DNA of 63,559 bases, the filler included, from Octopus bimaculoides (taxonomy: Eukaryota): the NCBI RefSeq assembly GCF_001194135.2. It is 5 parts of 5 records of this genome, joined end to end, with 100 filler letters (N's around TTAATTAATTAA, not from the genome) between each part and the next. Parts side by side here need not be neighbours in the genome. Positions count along the whole stretch, not along the records: positions 13,222 to 18,383 come from NC_069010.1; positions 18,484 to 30,719 come from NC_069000.1; 3 more parts are not named here. One strand, written 5' to 3'. Under the pieces are notes generated by a model. That model was not told where the DNA came from, searched no databases, and saw only the letters and a program-made list of their open reading frames with translations. Both the position numbers and the translations under genes were made by a program. Positions 13,256 to 24,419 of this stretch are shown here, piece after piece; positions within the stretch are counted from its first letter, which is position 1; every line of letters begins with the position of its first letter.

Positions 13256-13392
13256 GGCGCAGGAGTGGCTGTGTGGTAAGTAGCTTGCTTACCAACCACA
13301 TGGTTCCGGGTTCAGTCCCACTGCATGGCACCTTGGGCAAGTGTTTTCTACTATAGCCTCGGGCCGACCAAATCCTTGTGAGTGGATTTGGT
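13256..13392 (+). mobile_element. SINE family A head
   Basis: GGCGCAGGAGTGGCTGTGTGGTAAGTAGCTTGC...GGTTCAGTCCC...CCTTGGGCAAGTG; further heads at 15594-15750, 15942-16040, 32108-32170 and 59390-59505. Confidence 0.85.
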
Positions 13393-13724
13393 ATATTTTT
13401 CTGAAACATTTGATTCTTGAGAAGACGTAAGAATCCACATAGACAGTATTGAAGAGACAATCAATCGACCAATCAATCTATCTAACACCCTACCCATCTA
13501 TCTACCTACCCACCTACCTCCCTACCCACCAATCTACCTACCCACTTCCCTCCTCCCTCTCTACCTACCCATAATTTATAAATCAGTCTTGTTATGAATA
13601 TTATAAATATTTTGTGTATAATAGACTCTACTGTTGTTCTTTGATTTTATTTGCTAGTTCTAGTGTTTCATACATAAATGGTAACAAAATAATAGAATTA
13701 GAAATTGTTATGTTTCAGACCAGA

Positions 13725-13769
13725 ATGGACGAAAAAGAAAGGATAGCAACATTGCCTTCTTATGCTGTG
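13725..13769 (+). CDS. Unconventional myosin, coding exon 1 (MDEKERIATLPSYAV)
   Basis: Acceptor TGTTTCAG at 13718, ATG at 13725, donor GTAAGT at 13770 (phase 0); joins in frame to 16095. Confidence 0.7.
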
Positions 13770-13860
13770 GTAAGTTTGGTTTAATTTCTGTTTTATTTAT
13801 CTAAGTGGATGAAAATATTGAGGAAGCACATGGTGTCTCTATGTATATATGTGTATATAT

Positions 13861-14165
13861 AAGGACTTTTGAGCGAGATCGTTTGCCAGTGCCCCTGGAC
13901 TGGCTCTTGTGCGGGTGGCACATAAAATACACCATTTTGTGCATGGCCGTTGCCAGTACCGCCTGACTGGCCTTCGTGCGGGTGGCACGTAATAGCACCC
14001 ACTACACTCTCTGAGTGGTTGGCGTTAGGAAGGGCATCCAGCTGTAGAAACTCTGCCAGATCAGATTGGAGCCTGGTGCAGCCTTCTGGCTTGCCAGTCC
14101 TCAGTCAAATCGTCCAACCCATGCCAACATGGAAAGCGGACGTTAAACGACGACGATGATGATGA
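13861..14165 (+). mobile_element. RTE-tail-type SINE, family D, with (GAT)n tail
   Basis: GAGCGAGATCG...GGAAGGGCATCCAGCTGTAGAAACTCTGCC...GGAAAGCGGACGTTAAACGACGACGATGATGAT; close copies at 15069-15355, 16291-16381 and 17633-18010. Confidence 0.85.
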
Positions 14166-15068
14166 TATATATATATAAATAATAATAAAGGAATTACAAC
14201 GCAAAAACGTATAAATTCAAAAGAACATATTTATCTTCTTCAATATATATTTCAGTATAATGAATTCATTAAGATGCTTAATCTGTTCCTGAATGATGTG
14301 TAAAGAAATTTTGATTTAAGCATCTTAATGAATTCTTTATACTGNNNNNNNNNNNNNNNNNNNNNNNNNNNNNNNNNNNNNNNNNNNNNNNNNNNNNNNN
14401 NNNNNNNNNNNNNNNNNNNNNNNNNNNNNNNNNNNNNNNNNNNNNNNNNNNNNNNNNNNNNNNNNNNNNNNNNNNNNNNNNNNNNNNNNNNNNNNNNNNN
14501 NNNNNNNNNNNNNNNNNNNNNNNNNNNNNNNNNNNNNNNNNNNNNNNNNNNNNNNNNNNNNNNNNNNNNNNNNNNNNNNNNNNNNNNNNNNNNNNNNNNN
14601 NNNNNNNNNNNNNNNNNNNNNNNNNNNNNNNNNNNNNNNNNNNNNNNNNNNNNNNNNNNNNNNNNNNNNNNNNNNNNNNNNNNNNNNNNNNNNNNNNNNN
14701 NNNNNNNNNNNNNNNNNNNNNNNNNNNNNNNNNNNNNNNNNNNNNNNNNNNNNNNNNNNNNNNNNNNNNNNNNNNNNNNNNNNNNNNNNNNNNNNNNNNN
14801 NNNNNNNNNNNNNNNNNNNNNNNNNNNNNNNNNNNNNNNNNNNNNNNNNNNNNNNNNNNNNNNNNNNNNNNNNNNNNNNNNNNNNNNNNNNNNNNNNNNN
14901 NNNNNNNNNNNNNNNNNNNNNNNNNNNNNNNNNNNNNNNNNNNNNNNNNNNNNNNNNNNNNNNNNNNNNNNNNNNNNNNNNNNNNNNNNNNNNNNNNNNN
15001 NNNNNNNNNNNNNNNNNNNNNNNNNNNNNNNNNNNNNNNNTATATATATATATATATCGTTGCCAGGC

Positions 15069-15355
15069 GAGCGAGATCGTTGCCAATGCCCCTGGACTGG
15101 CTTTTGTGCGGGTGGCACATAAAAGACACCATTTCGAGCGTGGCCGTTGCCAGTGCCGCCTGACTGGCCTTCGTGCGGGTGACACGTAAAAGCACCCACT
15201 ACACTCTCTGAGTGGTTGGCGTTAGGAAGGGCATCCAGCTGTAGAAACTCTGCCAAATTAGATTGGAGCCTGGTGTAGCCATCCGGTTTCACCAGTCCTC
15301 AGTCAAATCGTCCAACCCATGCTAGCATGGAAAGCGAACGTTAAACGATGAACGA
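15069..15355 (+). mobile_element. SINE family D
   Basis: Near-identical to 13871-14160. Confidence 0.85.
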
Positions 15356-16094
15356 ACGATATATATACATACACACACACACACATACAAAATAGAACAA
15401 CAGCGGTAAACACGCAAATATTTGTAATATTTATGCCAAGGGAGAAAACTCTCATACTATTAGTGCATAAAAGCACTTCATGACTATAGCCACCTGTTGT
15501 CGAAAGGGCTTAACCACCTACTAGTAAATAAATAAGAAATTTCATTTAATCGATTAGCACTTTATTATGATAAATACTATTAATTAGTACGCGTGAGTGG
15601 CTGTGTGGTAAGTAGCTTGCTTACCAACCACATGGTTCTGGGTTCAGTCCCACTGCGTGGCACCTTGGGCAAGTGTCTTCTACTATAGCCTCGGGCCGAC
15701 CAAAGCCTTGTGAGTGGATTTGGTAGACGGAAACTGAAAGAAGCCTGTCGTATATATATATATATATATGTTATCATGTTATATATATATATGATAGGAT
15801 TGCTTCAATGTTCCAGGGGTAGTCTGAGGTATCTAAGCAACCAGGGGATAGTTAAATCCGAAGGCACTCCTGGAGATTACTTGTGTGGGTACCGTCTTTG
15901 TTAGAATGTATCCAGAGGCAGGTAATTTATCGTTTAAACCGCGTGGCACCTTGGGCAAGTGTCTTCTACTATAGCCTCGGGCCGACCAAAGCCTTGTGAG
16001 TGGATTTGGTAGACGGAAACTGAAAGAAGCCCGTCGTATATACGTATATATATATATATATACCTATATTTTCATTTATATGTGTCTTTTACAG

Positions 16095-16193
16095 GGTTCA
16101 ACAGTATTTGTAGCAGATCCAGACCAAGTGTGGGTCCCTGGTGTTGTAACACAGGTTTCAGACGACGATTTTGTTATCCAGGTTGGACAAAAG
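16095..16193 (+). CDS. Unconventional myosin, coding exon 2 (N-terminal SH3-like; GSTVFVADPDQVWVPGVVTQVSDDDFVIQVGQK)
   Basis: TCTTTTACAG acceptor, GTAAGT donor, phase 0/0; the V-x-V-x-D-P-x-x-V-W motif is typical of myosin N-terminal SH3-like domains. Confidence 0.8.
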
Positions 16194-16290
16194 GTAAGTT
16201 GTCATAAATCATTTAAAAAAATATTTGAGCCACAGTGTATCTAGGACTGCATTATTGAATGTGACCTTCTTTTAAGATGATGATGATGAT

Positions 16291-16381
16291 CATCATCATC
16301 GTTTAACGTCCGCTTTCCATGCTAGCATGGGTTGGACGATTTGACTGAGGACTGGTGAAACCGGATGGCAACACCAGGCTC
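16291..16381 (-). mobile_element. SINE family D, 3' fragment
   Basis: CATCATCGTTTAACGTCCGCTTTCCATGCTAGCATGGGTTGGACG is the reverse complement of the family D tail. Confidence 0.85.
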
Positions 16382-16698
16382 GGTTGGTATTTCTTTTGAG
16401 TACTGCATATTGAGTTCTCACCTTTTCCTTTTCTGTATATTGGCCAATGCTATTTTCCCAAATATTAGCAGGGTCCTATCTTCTTTGCTATTTGCTAACT
16501 CTTTGGTCTTTGCTAAGTTAACCTCGGGGGACCTCTCAATTCTAGGTTTGCTTCGATATCTGGAATTGCTTCTATTATTCTAGACTCAGGTATAAGAACT
16601 AGATTACCAGCATATAGGAGTTCCAATAGACAGCCGGTCTTGAACTCCTCTGTGATGGCCTACAGGAGTATTATGCATGTACGTGTGTACTATTCGCC

Positions 16699-17209
16699 GA
16701 CAGACAATTCCCACACAGACAATTCCCACATAGACAGTTCCCACACAGACAGTTCCCACACAGACAGTTCCCACACAGACAGTTCCCACACAGACAATTC
16801 CCACACAGACAGTTCCCACACAGACAGTTCCCACACAGACAGTTCCCACACAGACATNNNNNNNNNNNNNNNNNNNNNNNNNNNNNNNNNNNNNNNNNNN
16901 NNNNNTAGACAGTTCCCACACAGACAGTTCCCACACAGACAGTTCCCACACAGACAGTTCCCACACAGACAATTCCCACACAGACAGTTCCCACACAGAC
17001 AGTTCCCACACAGACAGTTCCCACACAGACATTTCCCACACAGACAGTTCCCACACAGACAGTCCCCACACAGACAGTTCCCACACAAACAGTTCCCACA
17101 CAGACAGTTCCCACACAGACAGTTCCCACACAGACAGTTCCCACACAGACAGTTCCCACACAGACAATTCCCACACAGACAGTTCCCACACAGACAATTC
17201 CCACACAAA
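16699..17209. repeat. 15-bp minisatellite array (CACACAGACAGTTCC)n, ~30 units seen plus an N gap
   Basis: Direct reading; occasional variant unit with AATTCC. Confidence 0.95.
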
Positions 17210-17330
17210 CTCAGACTCAATACAGAGGCCTACATCAAGTGCCTGAAGGAGGTTGTGCTGCCATGGGTCAAGAGGGTGGCTGCTGGAACCCCCTACGTTT
17301 CACAACAGGACCCTGTATCATACCACACAA
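17208..17330 (+). mobile_element. Tc1/mariner-superfamily transposase fragment
   Basis: KLRLNTEAYIKCLKEVVLPWVKRVAAGTPYVSQQDPVSYHT matches the DDE-region YxxxL...FQQDxAPxH motif. A C-terminal piece of a similar family lies at 28830-29100. Confidence 0.75.
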
Positions 17331-17632
17331 TTGTCCTGTCCTCTGTGATGGCCTATAGGAGTATAATGCATGTATGTATGTTTGTTCATTCATTTGTTTG
17401 CTTGCTAACTTGGTTGGTTAGTTGGTTGGTTGGAATTCACGGAGATCCTTCTGCGGATCCCAAGCAATGAAAATTCCCATGTTTGAGAACTCAGAATGAT
17501 GTATGTTGACCAACTCTTTTGTGATGTCAAGTTTCAAGTAAAAGACCTCAAAAAATGTCATGGAAAAAAAGAACACTTGGAGAGAAAGAACAGAATTAGT
17601 CCAGGCAACATGTTCGAAATGATGATGATGGT

Positions 17633-18010
17633 CATCATCATCATCATCGTCGTTTAACGTCTGCTTTCCATGCTAGCATGGGTTGGACGATTTGACTGAG
17701 GACTGGTGAAACCAGATGGCTACACCAGGCTCCAATCTAATTTGGCAGAGTTTCTACAGCTGGATGCCCTTCCTAACACCAACCACTCTGAGTGTGTAGT
17801 GGGTGCTTTTTACGTGCCACCGGCACGAAGGCCAGTCAGGCAGTACTGGCAACGGCCACGCTCGAAATGGTGTATTTTATGTGCCACCCGCACAAGAGCC
17901 AGTCCAGGGGCACTGGCAACGATCTCGCTCAAAAGTCCTTACACATGTCACGGGCACAAGTGCCAGAAAGGCGACGCTGGGCACAGGTGCCATCCCGATT
18001 TCGATTTCGC
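17633..18010 (-). mobile_element. SINE family D
   Basis: Reverse complement of 13861-14160 and 15069-15355, plus extra 5' sequence. Confidence 0.85.
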
Positions 18011-18250
18011 TAGCCCCAATAAGTCTTCGCAATATTTCACTGTTTAAAAATGGTGTGAATATTGATGCCGTTTTAGTATAATTAAACTGTATGCAATTAA
18101 CCACACTAATTATTGTTTCTCTCTGTCTCTCTCTCTCTCTCTCCCTCTGCTTCTATCTCTCCCTCTCTTCTCTGTTTCTCTCTCTCTCTCTGCTTCTCTC
18201 TGTCTTTCTGCTTCTCTCCGCTCCCTCTCTCTCTCTCTCTCTCTCTCCAG

Positions 18251-18350
18251 GAAGTGGTGGCCAGCATGAAAGACCTCCTCGCCAATATGCATGAAATACC
18301 ACAATCGTGTGAGAACCTCATCAAATTGAGCGTCATTAATTCAGCCACTG
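18251..18350 (+). CDS. Unconventional myosin, coding exon 3 (EVVASMKDLLANMHEIPQSCENLIKLSVINSAT)
   Basis: CT-rich tract+CAG acceptor, GTAAAT donor (phase 1). ENLIKLSVINSAT matches the myosin motor start consensus D(D/N)LxxLSxL(N/H)ExxVL. Class not assignable from 81 aa. Confidence 0.78.
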
Positions 18351-18483
18351 GTAAATATGAATTTGTCTGTAATAGTATATATANNNNNNNNNNNNNNNNN
18401 NNNNNNNNNNNNNNNNNNNNNNNNNNNTTAATTAATTAANNNNNNNNNNNNNNNNNNNNNNNNNNNNNNNNNNNNNNNNNNNN

Positions 18484-20200
18484 TTCCCGTCTATAACGGG
18501 TTTAGCTTTATGGCGAATCGTCAGATTCCAAAACCCTGTTGGCCCGAGATATCTTAGCAATATGGAGGGGGAAATTCTTTACTATTCAAAGGTAACAGTT
18601 GGGGATTATCTCCCTTTGCTATTGGCGATCGACTTCCGGCTGTGCCGCCATTTGCCAGCTACAAAAAGCTATCAGGAACCTCCTGAAATGTAAACATGGC
18701 ACAAAAATCTCCGTTCTGGAGTTAAGGATGTTCCCTGGTTCGAGCGAGTCTTTTAGGATTCTCGCGTGTTCAGCTATGCATAAATTGCAACGCTTCGTCC
18801 CGTTGATGTAGGGGCCTGGTTTCTCGAAGATTTTCCATGAGATCCAGTATGGAATCCCATCGTCTCCTACTTGCCAGACGTAGCTGGTCAGTGTTTTACG
18901 TATCTCCTTTCCAGAACCCTGAAGGAGGACCAGAGACGTTGCTTGAAAGAGTTCCCGAAACATCCAATGTATCTCGGTGGGCGTGTCTTGTCGGTGCTGT
19001 ACCTGCTTGTACTGTTGTTGCTGTTGCTGCGGCCGTCGACACAGAGTTCCGGAAAGGAGACATTGGAAAAATTTAAGTATGGACCTTTTACAGCAGTGGA
19101 AACAAAGAAAGGCCATGTTCTTAGCAGAAAAGAGGTGACTTACATTGAGTTGCTGCTTCCCTCTATATAATTACCATATTAAATATTTGTAGTGTATGTT
19201 AAAGGGAGCATACTCTGTAATCAAAAATTTATTTGTATTTTAGCTTTGTTTCAGTTACTGGAAATCGATCATGCTGATGCGTGTCCGGAAAGTTTGTTAC
19301 GGCCAAGAATCCTGAGGCGAATTTTCCTGCGACAAATATGTTTGCGGTAGAATTCCTAGAACAATGCTTCATCCGCAACTCCCAGAGTTTCCCACAGAAC
19401 GTCGTCTCTCTTGCCTTCCACTAATCCCATATAGAAATCCATGGTGGAGCTACCACCGACCGCATTGTCCGACTGACTGAGAGCTGTGAGCGTTTGGATC
19501 TCTGTCTCGGTCTACGCTTGATCCACGACTGTCGCTTCCAGGGTGACCTCACGCAACGGGCATTTGTACTGTCTGTCCTAAGCACAGAAATGTTAAACAC
19601 TGAGAGAGTAAGGAAGTAGGAGAGGGCTTCTTACCGAGGTGTTGTTGGGGGATAAGTGGAGGTACATTCCCCGTCCCTCTCACTGGATCTGGGTGTTTTC
19701 CCCAGCAAGTCACTATAAAGTCTTTTGTTAAATGACTTTTGAAAATCCCCTGCAAAGGCAGGATGTTTATTCTTTTAACGCGCTCCCTGTTGTATCGATC
19801 ATTTTTAGGTGCTGTGGTATCTCAGCGTTGACGAGGGCGCTGTGGTTAATGTCAATGTAACGTTGAATGTCTTGCGTTAATGCTTTCTTTTCTGTGTTTA
19901 TAATTTCTGATTTTTGTTTGTTTGATGGGTGTCAAGTTTATAATTTCCGGGTTTTTGTTTGTTTGATGGGGTGTAGTTTAACTGCTGTGTGTGTAAATTA
20001 AATAGGTTCGGTGATGGTTGTAGAGATAGTGATGGTGATGTTGTTATTACCGTCTGCGTCAATGGAACTGTTGTTCGGGATGGTGTGTTATTGTTGCTGA
20101 TACTACTGTCCATCTCCGTATGTTCAAACCTACCCGTCTTCTCTCTTCTTTTCTTTCCATTAGGGGGTGGGGTAACTATTTGCCAATCCTGTTCCTCCCC
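18484..20200 (-). mobile_element. Decayed Penelope-like element: GIY-YIG endonuclease region and 3' pLTR
   Basis: On the - strand: CPLREVTLEATVVDQA...FYMGLVEG (~19410-19570; GIY/YIG equivalents) and TLTSYVWQV...YWISWKIFEK..PYINGTKRCNLCIAEH...LNSRTEIFVPCLH (18640-18900), the CxLC...CxH tail of PLE GIY-YIG domains. Upstream boundary approximate. Confidence 0.8.
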
Positions 20201-20211
20201 ATCCCCTTCAC

Positions 20212-20246
<35 letters not shown>

Positions 20247-21638
20247 TTAACTTCTATAGACAATCACGTGTACATACACATACACACGCATAACTGTTCA
20301 CACATATGTATGCATATACATACATACACAAATATATACACATGTACATAAGTATATATCCAAATATATATGCATATAGAATATAAAAATATAAAAATGT
20401 GAGAGCGTATCAGGCATTTTTTTGTTGTTAAGGATGTGTTAATATGGTTATTTCTGAAAAGAAGTTTTATTAATAATAAACAAACTGGTGTATGTGTTAC
20501 CAGTTGTGTCTATTCAAAAGTTAGAATAAAGGTCAAATAGTTATAAAAGTTAGCAATTGTGTAATCTCAAATGCTGGCAGAAGGTTACTCATTATGTGTA
20601 CAGTATGTGAGTTATATTGGATGATTAATGAAAAAAAGATACTAAATAGGGATGTAATGGAGGTGTAATATAATAATATAAATAAAATAACACACTTTAT
20701 TGTTGGCAAACAAAAGAAAAATAAGGAATCAACAAGGCCGGGTCAACTATGGATGCGTTTCGAAGTAAAAAATGATTTTACTTACTGTTACTGTTCAGCG
20801 CAGTACTCCATATAAGTTTGCGAGTATTTCAAAAATATGCACACGATCTGCGTCATCGAATATCCTATATCTATCCACACTCGCAAAAATATACGGCCGA
20901 GTATAATTCATATCTTTCTTTTATACCCACGTGTATGTTAAGATTTAGACCGCAGTAAACGCAGTTTCGATCACGGAGTGAATTTATTCAAATATATAAG
21001 ACAGCAAATGTTGACGGAAAATTCTATGGAGCCCATAATAAAGGTTTTGAAAGAAGAAAAAAAACACTTGAAATTGGATTTAAACTGTGCCATCCTCGAC
21101 GAGTGTGCCACCTCTTTTTATTTCTGACTAATATGTTCTCAAAATGTCCCAACTCTCTTTCTCTTTCTCCCTTTCTCTGCCTCTTTCTTCCACTCTCTTC
21201 TCTCATTTTCTCCGTCTTCCTCTCTCTCTCTGCTCTCTCCTACTTTCTTTTACATTCATTCATTTATTTACTCTCAAACTGACATATTCCTTTTAATATT
21301 ATTCATCCACAATTTCTCTTTTACTAATCTCGAACTTAAGTCCTTTCCTTCTCATTCCCGCTTCACTCGACTTCTNNNNNNNNNNNNNNNNNNNNNNNNN
21401 NNNNNNNNNNNNNNNNNNNNNNNNNNNNNNNNNNNNNNNNNNNNNNNNNNNNNNNNNNNNNNNNNNNNNNNNNNNNNNNNNNNNNNNNNNNNNNNNNNNN
21501 NNNNNNNNNNNNNAGGGTAAAAAATCATATATTAATTAATATCGATTTATTACCAGGAAGCTAGCACATTTAAAGAATCAAAGAGATTCAGAAACAATAT
21601 CTGCGATCTCAGGGGATTAAAGTATATTTTTATATATA

Positions 21639-21868
21639 ACGTTGACCACTAACGTGGACATTTAATGTGCTAGAAATAGATCACATCTTGTGTCTACTAA
21701 GACCTAAATTGTTCTCAAAACGAAATTCAGTGGAATACCAAAGCGTAAGCGGACAAGACATTTAAAATTACCGAAAACAAATCACCGAAAAAAATCAATT
21801 TAAGTCTTAGTAGACACAAGATGTGATCTATTTCTAGCACATTAAATGTCCACGTTAGTGGTCAACGT
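21639..21868. mobile_element. TA-flanked MITE with 73-bp terminal inverted repeats
   Basis: 21639-21711 vs 21796-21868 are reverse complements with one mismatch; TA on both sides. Confidence 0.85.
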
Positions 21869-21895
21869 TATATATATATATATATATATATATAT

Positions 21896-21983
<88 letters not shown>

Positions 21984-22565
21984 GTTTTTTACTATCACTC
22001 AAACCAAACCACTTGCATTCCCTCTCTCTTTCACTCAATCCCCTCCTCTCTCCTTGGTTCTTAGTCTTTCTTTTCTACGTGTTATACCTCTCACGAAACT
22101 TGACCCTTCTATTCATTTGTCTGATAAACTAAACCAGAACAGTCAGTTGGAAATAAGGAAAACCTGTTTTCTTCATATGTTTGTTCCTTTCTCTTTTGTT
22201 CAAATCAAATCCTTCTACGTGTATGTAATCTTATACATTCCTAAATTTCTATTTATTGGAAATGAAGTGTTCAGTTTCCAATGAAATGATTCTAAACAAA
22301 TAAAACCAGATGTCACGTGATTATCACATTTTAATTGCGAACTGTTTGTGTTGTTACGTCTAGAACAAGTTCACTTATAACAACCACTCTTATATTCCTG
22401 TTAGTTTCGGATTTGTACATATCTCTTAATTAACTTCATTATATCACGAACAATATAATTAGTCACGAAGAACTATTGGAAAGTTCTTCAAGTATGATGT
22501 CGTGTGGTTATATTACAGTTGCTGAGGGGACCTGGGGCTCCTCTCGTTTGTCTGCCAAACTGTTG

Positions 22566-22614
22566 ATGTCGATGATGGTGATGATAGTGATGATGTCTCC
22601 TTACACTTCAGCCT
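22566..22614 (+). CDS. Two-Ig GPI-type protein, exon 1 (putative signal peptide MSMMVMIVMMSPYTSA)
   Basis: Acceptor TATTACAG at 22518, in-frame upstream stop, ATG at 22566, donor GTAAGT at 22615 (phase 1); splices in frame to 23919. Confidence 0.6.
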
Positions 22615-22672
22615 GTAAGTAAAGGACACTAACTTTATTTTCTCACCTCTAACCTTTCTCTTTGTCCCTCCC

Positions 22673-22722
<50 letters not shown>

Positions 22723-23409
22723 GATGTACGCTGTATCTTGGGGACGTTAAAGTTAGCCGGTCCCTCTTCAGAAGGGATTCGGATGATTTCTTCCAGAAAG
22801 TAAGGAGAGATAAATTGTTCCAATACGCTAATTTTATATTATTTATCTACTGCACAAGATAAATTTGCTCTCAACAAGAAATTAATTCATATGGGAGGAT
22901 TTCATCCTCACCCCAGAACAAATACCCCTAAAACTTCGAGCAACTCGTCATTCCCATCTAAGATTAATATATTGTAATATGTTCTCCCAGTAAGTGAGAG
23001 TTGCGTGGTTCAATTCCCATTAGTTCACCTGTTCCCCTCATTGTCCTTTTGCGTTATATTTCAATATAAATAAGGACCTCACACTTTTTAGCAAACAGAT
23101 GGCGATTTTTGCAGTCAGCGACCCAGGATTAGTAATAATCGGGTGGTGGTTCGTAGGTTTAATGTTTGTATTTGGAAACTTGAGTTAGTTAAGCTTATAT
23201 GACATCTCTGGTCAGCATCATAATTAAAAAAAAGACTAATTAATAAAAAGAAAATACTTGAGGCAGGTGGAGAACAGAATGAAGATGATCTAACCCCGTG
23301 AACTAAATAAAGGGTACGTTACAAGATTCTGGAAATATTACTTAATAGGAGAGGTATCTGAAGATGTCCGGAGGATACAATAGGTGAAGCATTCTTTTCT
23401 TTTCCACGC

Positions 23410-23615
23410 TAGGCACAAGGCCCGAAATTTTTGTGGGGGCGGGGCCAGTCGATTAGATCGACCCCAGTACGCAACTGGTGCTTAAGTTATCGACCCCGAA
23501 AGACTGTAACGCAAAGCCGACCTCGGCGGAATTTGAACTCAGAACGTAAAGATAGACGAAATACCGCTAAACATTTCGCCCAGCGTGCTAACGTTTCTGC
23601 CAGCTCGTCGCCTTA
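23410..23615 (-). mobile_element. SINE family B (Nin-domain-like)
   Basis: Reverse complement: AAGGCGACGAGCTGGCAGAAACGTTAGCACGCTGGGCG...TCTGAGTTCAAATTCCGCCGAGGTCGGCTTTGC...TTTCGGGGTCGATAA. Confidence 0.85.
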
Positions 23616-23918
23616 CAACAGCGGGAACATTGCGACTATAATGAGCAAGATGAGGAGGACATTAGTCCAGATATGTATACACGAACGGTAACTCTTGGTC
23701 TCAGAAATTCAGACAAAATTTCTTTCTTCTTGTTTGTTGTTTACTGTAATTAACATTCCTTTTCTTTCTTCTTTTCCATCATTTTCTGTACTCTCTTCTT
23801 TTTTCCCCTTCTTCCTCTTTCTCTTCTACTGTTTCTTTTTTTTTTTTTTTTCGTTTTTGTCCATCTGTATGTGACTTTTGAATAAATTTCCCCTCCTCCA
23901 TTTTTTTATCTTTTATAG

Positions 23919-24248
23919 CTATTGAAATGACCAACCTGTCACCTGCTGACGGTTTCACCATTGGAGAAGGAAAAACAATGAATATTGTATGTTCATATTA
24001 TACGAACAATCTTGTTTGGTTCAGGCTCATGCGAAACAGCACTTCCGTTGTAGAGATGCAATACAACCAAAGCTTTGGAGTCTTTGAAACGAAGATGTAT
24101 GAGAAAGATTTCAGTTGTACTTTCATGCGATATTCATCGAATTCTGGTGTGTTCAAATGCTGGAAAAAGAACCTCAATTGCAAGGATGTGGGCTTATACA
24201 GTTGTTGGTTAAGAGACGGAGATATTTCCAGTATAAAGTTTCTAAAAG
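23919..24248 (+). CDS. Two-Ig GPI-type protein, exon 2 (Ig V/I-like domain)
   Basis: TTTTATAG acceptor, GTCAGT donor, phase 1/1; FTIGEGKTMNIVC...VWF...DVGLYSCW contains the B-strand Cys, C-strand Trp and DxGxYxC. Confidence 0.85.
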
Positions 24249-24419
24249 GTCAGTTCACAATCCACGTCATTAGTTTTCACTATTCAACATTATTATTTTT
24301 ATAATTGAAGCATTTACAAAGTCTATTACTATTATTGTTGTTTTACTTCGCAGAGTGCTCGGTCTTGTTTGCTCTGGTAGATTCTGTCAGAGGTCTCACC
24401 ACAAGGCCTCTTTCCGCAC

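Noticed and set aside
16699-17209. CRISPR-like appearance and periodic ORFs (WELSV, CGNCL, HRQFP) of the 15-bp array
   Set aside because: No unique spacers, eukaryotic context and no splice or start support; it is a simple minisatellite.
18484-18540. CUGACGA in the PLE pLTR (- strand, 18518-18524)
   Set aside because: No GAAA after a stem II in either copy (UAAA instead), and the sequence is cut by a gap.
20745-20815. Hairpin followed by CGAAACGCATC on the - strand
   Set aside because: No CUGANGA core.
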